Positions 1 through 7,190 of a DNA stretch of 32,158 bases are shown here, piece after piece. Each line of letters begins with the position of its first letter. The first letter of the stretch is position 1. Source of the stretch: Nanobdellota archaeon (GTDB taxonomy: Archaea > Nanobdellota > Nanobdellia > Pacearchaeales > GW2011-AR1); NCBI GenBank assembly GCA_038045105.1, contig JBBSYU010000025.1, forward strand, positions 1 through 32,158. Direction: 5' to 3'. A model generated the notes under the pieces. It saw nothing but the letters and a program-made list of their open reading frames with translations, was not told where the DNA came from and searched no databases. The translations under genes were made by a program, and so were the position numbers.

Positions 1-14
1 CACCAAAAGAATAT

Positions 15-34
15 CCACTTACTAAAGTAAGTGG
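15..34 (+). terminator. Perfect hairpin CCACTTAC-TAAA-GTAAGTGG followed by TTTAATTT; possible terminator of a + strand gene upstream of the window
   Basis: 8-bp perfect stem with a 4-nt loop read directly, and a T-rich tail. No gene context is available. Confidence 0.3.
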
Positions 35-73
35 TTTAATTTCGGACATAATAAATAATAAAATGAAAAAAGA

Positions 74-188
74 AATATTGGTAATGTGAAAAATTTAAGA
101 TATAAAGATGAGTAATAAAGCGAGAATGAGTTAATTGCTCTTCAAAATCTTAATCAACTACTAAACAAAGACATTAAGATACCAAAAC
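74..188 (+). repeat. MITE-like intergenic repeat, copy 1 (TTAATCAACTA subfamily)
   Basis: Starts AATATTGGTAATGTG. Contains AAGATGAGTAATAAAG...GAGAATGAGTTAAT and CTTAATCAACTACTAAACAA. Ends ACATTAAGATACCAAAAC. Interior matches copies at 23499-23616 and 27074-27233. Confidence 0.6.
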
Positions 189-191
189 AAA

Positions 192-581
192 ATGAAAAAA
201 GAAATAAAAACAAAATTTGAAAATATAAATAAAATAGCAGAAAAAATATTCAGCAATAAAAATGTTAAGGCTGTTTATTTATTTGGAAGTTATGCAACTG
301 GAAATCCAAAACCTCTCTCTGACATAGATTTATGTGTAATTGGAAATCTTAAAGAAAAAGATAAAATTAAAATTTCTGGTTATAGCTCTGATAATTTAGA
401 CATATCATTTTTTGATGAACTTCCTATTTATATTAAATTCAGAGTTTTTAGAGATGGAAAGCCACTTTTAATTAAAGATGAAAAATATTTATGGTTAATT
501 AAAAAAATTACCCTGAATCAATATAGAGACTTTAAACCCATAATAAATAAAAGAATAAAAGAGGTATTTGAATATGTTTAA
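192..581 (+). CDS. Minimal nucleotidyltransferase (Pol-beta superfamily, MNT/MntA-type antitoxin-like)
   Basis: 129-aa ORF. The motif AVYLFGSYATGNPKPLSDIDLCVIG fits the G[SG]...DxD signature of minimal nucleotidyltransferases. Confidence 0.75.
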   Translation: MKKEIKTKFENINKIAEKIFSNKNVKAVYLFGSYATGNPKPLSDIDLCVIGNLKEKDKIKISGYSSDNLDISFFDELPIYIKFRVFRDGKPLLIKDEKYLWLIKKITLNQYRDFKPIINKRIKEVFEYV

Positions 582-657
582 TAAAGAGAGAATAAGCATT
601 ATTATTGAATATAAAAAAGAGGTGAAAGAAAAGAAGCAAAATGGAAAAAACAAATAA
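574..657 (+). pseudogene. 27-codon ORF overlapping the MNT stop; possible truncated HEPN/DUF86 partner
   Basis: ATG at 574 overlaps the stop of the upstream gene (ATGTTTAA), the usual MNT-HEPN operon geometry. It encodes only MFNKERISIIIEYKKEVKEKKQNGKNK, whereas HEPN partners are >100 aa. Identity is not demonstrable from 27 aa. Confidence 0.2.
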
Positions 658-681
658 AATAATAAAAAGGGGTGAAAAATA

Positions 682-919
682 ATGGGATGGAAAGATTTGC
701 CTTACTGGCTGAAGGGGGGGGATAATTGTATTAATACCTGTTTTAATAATTAATATAATTATTTATTTTATGCTCTCTCAAGATATAGCAAACAGAGGTT
801 CAGAGGCATTTGCAGGAACATTTGTCTTTGGTTTTACAATATTTGGAGGTATTTTTTTAATACTTCTTGGAGTATTAATTGGTTATATTTACGGCAAAAA
901 TAAAGGAGGAAAGAAATAA
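682..919 (+). pseudogene. Small 2-TM membrane protein ORF interrupted by a frameshift at a G8 tract (714-721)
   Basis: GGGGTGA (669-675) lies upstream of ATG 682. MGWKDLPYWLKGG then stops at 751-753. The +1 frame continues IIVLIPVLIINIIIYFMLSQDIANRGSEAFAGTFVFGFTIFGGIFLILLGVLIGYIYGKNKGGKK to the stop at 917-919. G7 or G10 would restore a 78-aa ORF. Confidence 0.4.
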
Positions 920-920
920 A

Positions 921-2597
921 ATGAAAAAACAATTACTAATTTTATTTATTGTAATTTTTATTCTTGGCGCTGTTAATACATTAAATGCTCAAACATGGCC
1001 TGCATTTAATGTTTGCTGTGAAAAAACCCTGAGTGGTGCATGGTGTCAGAACACCTTGAAAGGAAACTGCGCAACTTCTATTGATTTAATTACAAAAGCT
1101 CCACTTAGAGAAACTCCAACAAGCTGTGATGCAACAAGTTTTTGCAAACTTGGATGCTGCATTGATTCTGCAGAAGGATTATGCATGGAGAATACTCCTT
1201 TGAAAGTCTGCCAGATATCAACAGGAACCTGGGTTGATGATGCTAAATGCAATGTTGCTCAATGCAGGCTTGGATGTTGTATTCTTGGTGATCAGGCTAG
1301 TTTTGTTACACTAACAAGATGCAAAAGATTATCTTCATTATATGGATTAAATACTAATTTCAGAAGAGACATATCATCAGAATCAAGCTGTGTTGCGCTT
1401 GCATTTAGCCAGGATAAAGGAGCATGTGTTTATGAAATTGAAAATCAGAAAACCTGCAGATTCACAACAAGAGGAGATTGCCTGAATTCAGAGAAAGCAG
1501 AAAAAGCAGAAAACTTAACTTCCAAGCCTGAATTTTTTAAGGATTATTTATGTTCTGCTGATGAATTAGGAACTAATTGCGGGCCTACAACAGATACTAT
1601 CTGCCTTCCTGGAAGAGATGAAGTTTATTTTAAAGATAGTTGTGGAAATCCTGCTAATATTTATGATGCAGGCAAGATTTATTCAAAAAACCCTGGTTAC
1701 TGGAAAAAAATTGTTTTAAAAACAAACAGCTGTAATTATAAATCAAAAGATGGAAGCAAAAATTCAAAGACTTGCGGAAACTGCAATTATCTTGATGGAA
1801 GCATTTGTGGAAAAGGTTCTGCTGCTTATGGAAATTATGTTTGCAAAGATGTTAATTGTTATAATACTGAAAATGGAAAAGATTATAAAAATGGAGAAAG
1901 CTGGTGCATTTATATGTCTGACACTGGAAATGGAAAAGATGATGTTGGAAGCAGGCATTTCAGGCATGTGTGCATTAGCGGGGAAGAGACAATAGAACCT
2001 TGTGCTGATTTTAGAAATGAAGTATGTTATGAACAACCTGTAAAAATTGATAATGGAAACTTTATAGAGGCTGGATGCAGAGTAAACAGATGGGCTGATT
2101 GCATTGACCAGAATACTGAAAAAAAATGCCTTAACACAGACAAAAGAGAGTGTTACTGGTATCCTGGATTTTCATATGATGGAGCAGGAAAGAAAAATAA
2201 AACAGCAACTAATTCTTTGCTTCAGGGCACTAATCAAAAACAAGGAACAGGAATTGTAAATGGAACAGGAATCTGCCTTCCAAATTATCCTCCTGGATTG
2301 AAATTCTGGGAATCAGGTGATGCAGGAGGTGTCTGCAGTTTAGGAAATTCAATACAGATTGTTGAGTATAGCACAAATATATTTGGCTCAAAAACATGCA
2401 AAAACAATTGCGATGTTTTAGAATCTGCATGGGCAAACAGGATGAATGAAATATGCACAAGCCTTGGTGATTGTGGAGCAAAATCAAATTTTGTTGGAGT
2501 TTATACTGATGATGGAATAGAATGGAAAGATAATGGAAATTTAAAAACTTTAGGGGGAGCTATAATTGGAGGTATTGGAGAAAGTGCAAGAGAATAA
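921..2597 (+). CDS. Secreted cysteine-rich protein (unknown family)
   Basis: The ORF track gives 879-2597. I prefer ATG 921 because GGAGG sits at 905-909 and the signal peptide MKKQLLILFIVIFILGAVNTLNA follows. About 43 Cys by my count, with a duplicated C[KR]LGCCI motif. No further TM segment. Confidence 0.8.
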   Translation: MKKQLLILFIVIFILGAVNTLNAQTWPAFNVCCEKTLSGAWCQNTLKGNCATSIDLITKAPLRETPTSCDATSFCKLGCCIDSAEGLCMENTPLKVCQISTGTWVDDAKCNVAQCRLGCCILGDQASFVTLTRCKRLSSLYGLNTNFRRDISSESSCVALAFSQDKGACVYEIENQKTCRFTTRGDCLNSEKAEKAENLTSKPEFFKDYLCSADELGTNCGPTTDTICLPGRDEVYFKDSCGNPANIYDAGKIYSKNPGYWKKIVLKTNSCNYKSKDGSKNSKTCGNCNYLDGSICGKGSAAYGNYVCKDVNCYNTENGKDYKNGESWCIYMSDTGNGKDDVGSRHFRHVCISGEETIEPCADFRNEVCYEQPVKIDNGNFIEAGCRVNRWADCIDQNTEKKCLNTDKRECYWYPGFSYDGAGKKNKTATNSLLQGTNQKQGTGIVNGTGICLPNYPPGLKFWESGDAGGVCSLGNSIQIVEYSTNIFGSKTCKNNCDVLESAWANRMNEICTSLGDCGAKSNFVGVYTDDGIEWKDNGNLKTLGGAIIGGIGESARE

Positions 2598-2640
2598 TAT
2601 GAAAAAAATGGATAATAAAAATATTGGCAATGTAAAAAGA

Positions 2641-2680
2641 GGTATTTGTAATACAAAACTTTTTAAAAAAGTTTTAACAC
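2641..2680. repeat. Palindromic module P, copy 1 (GGTATTTGTAATAC-AAAACTTTTTAAAAAAGTTTT-AACAC)
   Basis: Nearly identical to 9160-9197 and 15199-15237. The core AAAACTTTTT/AAAAAGTTTT is a 10-bp palindrome. Confidence 0.8.
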
Positions 2681-2682
2681 AT

Positions 2683-2737
2683 CAGAAAATCTATGAGATT
2701 TTCTGTGCCCAAAAATTCTTATGAAAGAATTTTTTGG
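2683..2737. repeat. Twin stem-loop insert
   Basis: Hairpin 1 is CAGAAAATC-TATGA-GATTTTCTG (2683-2705). Hairpin 2 is CCAAAAATTCTT-ATGA-AAGAATTTTTTGG (2709-2737). The segment is absent from the otherwise collinear copy at 15180-15300. Confidence 0.7.
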
Positions 2738-2829
2738 AAATCGGGATTTATCCTGACATGATATAAAACTGATGAGTTATGCAGATGAGATGATTAAAAG
2801 AGAATGAGAAACAAAACTATTAAAATAAA

Positions 2830-5076
2830 ATGAAAAAACAAAATAAAACCAGCCCTTTTAAAAAAAGTTCTGGGGTAAAACAAATTGAAAAAAATAAATT
2901 GAAAACATATTTCTTAATTGTAAATTTAATTTTATCAATTGTTGCGTTCAGTTGTTTGATTAATATTTCTTTTGTGAATGCTCAGACACCTACAACTCCA
3001 ACTACACCTAATCCTACTCAGCCACCAAGCCTTACTAATCCTCCTCAAGTAATACAGACTCCTCCTTCAGGAACTCCAACTCCTGGAACAGGCGGAATTC
3101 CTGGTGCAACTCCTCCTGGAAATCAACAAATTTCTAATCAAGGTGGAGGGGTTGCTGTGATTGGTGGAGGGCCTCCTGGATTAGAAGGCCCTGGTGTAAC
3201 AGGTGGAGATGGAGGTACTGGTGGAGGTGGTGGAACAGGTGGAGGTACTGGTGGAGGCACTGGAGGCATTATAACAGGAGGGGGAGCAGGCACTATTTTA
3301 AGTTTTAATATGCAATCAATAATACAAAAAGCTGGTTTTGGTTCAATGATTTTTGGAACAATAGGAACTCTTGCAGGAGGAGATAATGGTGCATATTGGG
3401 GAGCATTAGCAGGAACAATTGGAGGAATTGTTGCTGGATTAACAGAACAGTCATTAGGACAAAGAGGCTCAATATTATTAGGATTAGGTGTTGCAGCAGC
3501 AATATTTTTATTAACATTTGCAAAAAAATCAAAAGAAATAGTTGAATTCAATTGCCTGCCTTGGCAAGCGCCTATTGGTGGTGAAAATTGTGAATTATGC
3601 AATGATTATAAAGAATGCTCTGACTATACCTGCAAGAGTTTGGGACAGGCATGTGAAATAATAAATAAAGGAACAAAAGAGCAGAAATGCATCTGGAAAA
3701 ATCCTCATGATGTTAATTCTCCTATTATTAAATTTTTAAGAGCAAGTAAAGAGCATAAATCTGCGCCTGATTCTGCAATAAGACCTCCTGATACAGGAGT
3801 AAGAATAACTAATGATAAAGGAAACTGCATAAAAGCATTTACACCTCTTGAATTTGAATTTGCAACAGATGAGCCTGCTCAATGCAAGATAGATTATAAT
3901 TTAACGAGAAATAAAGATGGATTTGAACAAATGCCATTTTATGTTGGAGGTGATAATTTGTTTAGTTATAATCATACTGAAAAAATGGCTCTTCCAGGGC
4001 CTGATGCTGTAAATGCTGCTGCACCTGAATTAAAAAATAACGGAGAATATATATTATATATAAGATGCAGAGATGCAAATGGAAATATAAATGAAAATTC
4101 ATTTTCAGTAAGCTTTTGCGTTGACAAAGGGCCTGACACAACTCCTCCTGTGATTGAAAGCGTGAGCATTCCAAGTGAAAAACCTCTGCAATTCAATCAG
4201 ACAAGTTTATATTTGGAGGTTTATGTGAATGAGCCTTCTGAATGCAGATGGAGCAAAGAAGACAGGGCATATAAAAATATGGAGAAAAATATGAGTTGTA
4301 ATACAAATGTCTGGGAAATGAACAGCAATCTTGTTTACACATGCAGGACAGATTTAACAGGAATTGAAAGCAGAAAAGAAAATTTATTTTATTTCAGATG
4401 CAAGGACAAGCCATGGGCACAAGAAGCAGACAGAAATGAAAACAAGCAGAGTTATTCATATAAAGTTATTGGAACCCAGCCATTAAATATAATGAATTCA
4501 GGACCTAAAGGAAAAATATCAGGCGCAACAGACACTATTCCTGTTTTCCTGAATATAGACACTGATAATGGATATAAAAACGGGAATGCTCTTTGCTATT
4601 ATTATATTGGAAAACCTGCAAAAGATGAGGATTATATATTATTCTTAGAAACAGAAGGAAACAATCACACGCAAAGGCAAGACCTTGTTCCTGGAAATTA
4701 TATTTATTATTTCAAGTGTGTTGATTTAGGGGGTAATGCTGCTTATAATACAACTTCCTTTAGTGTTGAAAGTGACAGGTCTTCTCCAGTTGTTGTGAGA
4801 GCATATAAGGAAAGCGGTGAATTAAAAATAATAACAAATGAGCAGTCTGAATGCAGTTATTCAACAAAAGACTGCAATTTTGAGATTGAATCTGGAATAG
4901 AAATGAATACGCAGGATAATCTTGCTCATAATTCAGAGTGGATTGTTAATACAAATCTTTTCATAAGATGCAAAGATAAGTATAATAATCAGCCAAATCC
5001 AAATACCTGCTCAATAGTTCTAAGGCCTACAAAAATAGATTCCAAGAAAGAAGTGATTGAGTTTGCAAGTTATTAG
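2830..5076 (+). CDS. Large surface protein: N-terminal hydrophobic anchor/signal, Pro/Thr-rich and Gly-rich low-complexity region, Gly-zipper-like hydrophobic helices, four tandem Cys-containing ~90-110-aa repeats
   Basis: 748-aa ORF. Features are TYFLIVNLILSIVAFSCLINISFVNA, TPTTPTTPNPTQPP, GGTGGGGGTGGGTGGGTGG, and hydrophobic GTIGTLAGG...GLGVAAAIFLLTFA. The repeats share xxEC[KRS]... and Y-x-[LF]-[YF]-[IF]-[RK]-C-[RKV]-D. Confidence 0.85.
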   Translation: MKKQNKTSPFKKSSGVKQIEKNKLKTYFLIVNLILSIVAFSCLINISFVNAQTPTTPTTPNPTQPPSLTNPPQVIQTPPSGTPTPGTGGIPGATPPGNQQISNQGGGVAVIGGGPPGLEGPGVTGGDGGTGGGGGTGGGTGGGTGGIITGGGAGTILSFNMQSIIQKAGFGSMIFGTIGTLAGGDNGAYWGALAGTIGGIVAGLTEQSLGQRGSILLGLGVAAAIFLLTFAKKSKEIVEFNCLPWQAPIGGENCELCNDYKECSDYTCKSLGQACEIINKGTKEQKCIWKNPHDVNSPIIKFLRASKEHKSAPDSAIRPPDTGVRITNDKGNCIKAFTPLEFEFATDEPAQCKIDYNLTRNKDGFEQMPFYVGGDNLFSYNHTEKMALPGPDAVNAAAPELKNNGEYILYIRCRDANGNINENSFSVSFCVDKGPDTTPPVIESVSIPSEKPLQFNQTSLYLEVYVNEPSECRWSKEDRAYKNMEKNMSCNTNVWEMNSNLVYTCRTDLTGIESRKENLFYFRCKDKPWAQEADRNENKQSYSYKVIGTQPLNIMNSGPKGKISGATDTIPVFLNIDTDNGYKNGNALCYYYIGKPAKDEDYILFLETEGNNHTQRQDLVPGNYIYYFKCVDLGGNAAYNTTSFSVESDRSSPVVVRAYKESGELKIITNEQSECSYSTKDCNFEIESGIEMNTQDNLAHNSEWIVNTNLFIRCKDKYNNQPNPNTCSIVLRPTKIDSKKEVIEFASY

Positions 5077-5085
5077 CAAACTCAA
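5057..5085 (+). terminator. 10-bp perfect hairpin spanning the stop codon of the 2830-5076 gene
   Basis: TTGAGTTTGC (5057-5066) pairs with GCAAACTCAA (5076-5085) across a 9-nt loop. No oligo-T tract follows, so terminator function is uncertain. Confidence 0.3.
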
Positions 5086-5103
5086 TAGAAGATTTGATAT
5101 ATT

Positions 5104-5220
5104 ATTTATTGGAATTGTATATAATTTAATAGTTATTGTATCTGTTTCATAAGTTGTTTCTCATTAGCCTCCTAATCATCTCATCTTCATAACTTATCAG
5201 ATTTTACATTACCAATATTT
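5104..5220 (-). repeat. MITE-like intergenic repeat, copy 3 (near-consensus)
   Basis: TTATTGGAATTGTATATAATTTAAT...TATCTGTTTCATAAGTTG...CCTAATCATCTCATCTTCATAACTTATCAGATTTTACATTACCAATATT. This is the reverse complement of the + consensus. Confidence 0.85.
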
Positions 5221-5345
5221 TATCTTATTTTGTTTTTATTATTGCTAATATATTTGTAACTACTCATAAGATACAACAAATAGAAAGATTTATATACTAG
5301 TTTTGCCTATATAAATTAACATAAAAATAGGATAAATAAAACAAT

Positions 5346-6143
5346 ATGATACTTACAAATAAACTAAGAAAAACTGGATTTGCCTTAGCAGGCTTAGCAG
5401 GCTTAGTTGGAGGAATGAATTATTCTGGAGAGGGATATGCTCAACAGCAAAATAAACCCGGAGTAAGAGTTTCTGATGGCGCTGATTATGTAATAAGAGC
5501 AGATTACAGAGACAGGGAACATGAATGGAGTTTATATAAAGAACAAGTTAAAAATCCTAGAAAACCCTCTGCAACAGGCAGAACAGATAATGGAAATACT
5601 CAGATAAGCAATCTAAATGAGGATAGAGTTTATGGTATTGGAGGACAAACTGAAAATGATTCAGAGCCTAGATTATCGAGAAATTTTATATTAGAGGATT
5701 TTGCAAAAGCCTATGGAATATCAAAATGGAAAATGTGCTTAACTGAAAGTGAAAGACAAAAAACAGCAGAATTATTTAATAGGCTGGATTTAAATGGGAG
5801 AAAGACTTTATGCAATGTATATGCTAATACTCCGGGTTTTTATGAGGCTAGTTTTTCAGCTGAAGGCAAAAAATCATTTGAAAAATTAAATCAGGCTTAT
5901 CAAAATCTTGTTACAGCAAAGAAAGCAAATGCTTCTCAGGAATTATTTAATAGTGAATTAGAAGGAGCAGTTAGAAAACTTTATCCTTGGATAAGATTTG
6001 ATAATGGAAGGCCTTTGAATGTTCCTGACAGGATGCTTGTATTATGGGTTGCTGACAGCCTGGAAAAGAAATCTGGAAAAAGATTAATTAATTGGGATAA
6101 TGTTGCAAAATACAGTTCAATGCCTGTTCAAGAGAGATTTTGA
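5346..6143 (+). CDS. Secreted/hypothetical protein
   Basis: 265-aa ORF with an N-terminal hydrophobic segment TGFALAGLAGLVGGM. No family recognised. Confidence 0.7.
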   Translation: MILTNKLRKTGFALAGLAGLVGGMNYSGEGYAQQQNKPGVRVSDGADYVIRADYRDREHEWSLYKEQVKNPRKPSATGRTDNGNTQISNLNEDRVYGIGGQTENDSEPRLSRNFILEDFAKAYGISKWKMCLTESERQKTAELFNRLDLNGRKTLCNVYANTPGFYEASFSAEGKKSFEKLNQAYQNLVTAKKANASQELFNSELEGAVRKLYPWIRFDNGRPLNVPDRMLVLWVADSLEKKSGKRLINWDNVAKYSSMPVQERF

Positions 6144-6164
6144 TAATTGAAAAAGTATTAATCA

Positions 6165-6299
6165 TATATTATTGGAATTGAATATTTTTGAGAGTTATGG
6201 CGTCTGTTGATTTGTTGTTTATCAGTTTTTCTACTATACTCTTACTCAACTTAATCTCCTCATCTTCATAGATCATCAAGTTTTTACATTACTGATATT
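6165..6299 (-). repeat. MITE-like intergenic repeat, copy 4a
   Basis: ATTATTGGAATTGAATAT...GAGAGTTATGGCGTCTGTTGATTTG...CTTAATCTCCTCATCTTCATAGATCATCAAGTTTTTACATTACTGATATT. Confidence 0.8.
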
Positions 6300-6323
6300 T
6301 ACCACCTCCTAAATGATATGGAT

Positions 6324-6408
6324 TTATTCTCAATTAAGATATGATGCATCTGTTGTTTTGTTATGGCTTCTTATTATTCACTTTTGTCTTCTTACCTTAT
6401 TTTTATTC
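6324..6408 (-). repeat. MITE-like intergenic repeat, copy 4b (degenerate ends)
   Basis: CAATTAAGATATGATGCATCTGTTGTTTTGTTATGGCTTCTTATT closely matches 21453-21495, but the termini are eroded. Confidence 0.5.
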
Positions 6409-6443
6409 AAAACATTTAAAAAAACTAAATAACTCTTTAATAA

Positions 6444-7181
6444 ATGGAAAAGAGGTTAAATAGGTATGGGCAGGTTTCTGGATTTGTCATATTTGCTATT
6501 TTAATTGCGGGAATTATTTTAATATTTTTTTTATTTAGAACTGGAAGTTTTCAGAATATTAAAGTTAATCCTGTTGCTCTTCCTGTTTATAATTATGTTG
6601 ATGCTTGTGTTAAAGAAACAGGAAAAACCAGTCTTTATGATATTGGGCAGTCTGGAGGATATTTCATAAACCCTGAGATTTCACTGAATAGTATTGCTGT
6701 TTATTTTGACAGGGGAGATAATTATATTCCTTCAAAAGAAAAAATACAGGAAGAGCTTGCTCTTTATATGAATAATATACTGTTTTTTTGCGTGAAAGGG
6801 TTTAGTAATTTTCCTGATTTTGATGTTTCACAGGATGAAATAAAAACAAGTGCAAAAATTGAAAATAACAGAGTTGTTTTTGATATTGTTTATCCTATAA
6901 GTGTGACAAAAAATGGAAAAACTTATGCTTTTGAAAAGTTTAGTGCAGAAGTTCCTGTGAGACTGGGCATGATTTATAATGTCTCTGAAAAAATAATACA
7001 AGAGCAGATGAAGAACCTAAAAGATATCTGCCTGACTTGCTTAAGCAGGATTGCTTTTGAAAATGACTTATTCATAGACATGGCTGATTATGAAAATGAT
7101 TCTGTCTTATTTGTTATCAGTGATGAAAACTCTAAAATAAATGGAAAGGAGTATAAATTTTATTTTATAAATAAATATTAA
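6444..7181 (+). CDS. Class III (type IV pilin-like) signal-peptide protein
   Basis: 245 aa. The N-terminus is MEKRLNRYG/QVSGFVIFAILIAGIILIFFLF (basic, G-Q, ~20 hydrophobic residues). 4 Cys in the mature part. The gene ends 9 nt before the next gene. Confidence 0.65.
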   Translation: MEKRLNRYGQVSGFVIFAILIAGIILIFFLFRTGSFQNIKVNPVALPVYNYVDACVKETGKTSLYDIGQSGGYFINPEISLNSIAVYFDRGDNYIPSKEKIQEELALYMNNILFFCVKGFSNFPDFDVSQDEIKTSAKIENNRVVFDIVYPISVTKNGKTYAFEKFSAEVPVRLGMIYNVSEKIIQEQMKNLKDICLTCLSRIAFENDLFIDMADYENDSVLFVISDENSKINGKEYKFYFINKY

Positions 7182-7190
7182 AAACTTAAC

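Larger units (their letters stand above)
2621..2815 (+). repeat. MITE-like intergenic repeat, copy 2 (composite, 3'-truncated, with nested modules)
   Basis: Contains ATATTGGCAATGTAAAAAGA, the 40-nt palindromic module, a twin-hairpin insert, then TCGGGATTTATCCTGACATGATATAAAACTGATGAGTTATGCAGATGAGATGATTAAAAGAGAATGAGAAACAA. Close paralogue of 15180-15300. Confidence 0.75.

Noticed and set aside
879-920. Upstream start (879) for the Cys-rich protein given by the ORF track
   Set aside because: The extra 14 codons overlap the end of the small membrane ORF and precede the GGAGG at 905-909. ATG 921 yields a canonical signal peptide.
1046-2487. Small ORFs inside or antisense to the Cys-rich protein gene (1046-1252 -, 1750-1995 +, 1764-2036 -, 2230-2487 -)
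   Set aside because: All are fully nested in a long, well-supported + strand CDS and have low-complexity translations, so they are frame shadows.
2770-2800. Box C/D sRNA reading of the repeat core (CTGATGAG ... GATGAGATGATTA)
   Set aside because: A UGAUGA-like string appears only in some copies (CTGATGAG at 2768-2775 and 15268-15275). Other copies have CTGATAAG or CTGACAAG. No consistently placed C/D and C'/D' boxes or guide regions are visible.
3180-3290. GGT/GGA-rich DNA periodicity as an independent tandem repeat
   Set aside because: It lies in-frame within the 2830-5076 CDS and encodes the poly-Gly/Thr spacer. It is coding low complexity rather than a separate element.
3138-3602. 154-aa minus-strand ORF (Pro-rich) and the overlapping 3305-3532 ORF
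   Set aside because: These are antisense shadows of the Gly-rich (GGN) coding segment of the 2830-5076 gene. Poly-Pro is simply the complement of poly-Gly codons, and neither ORF has a start context or independent signal.
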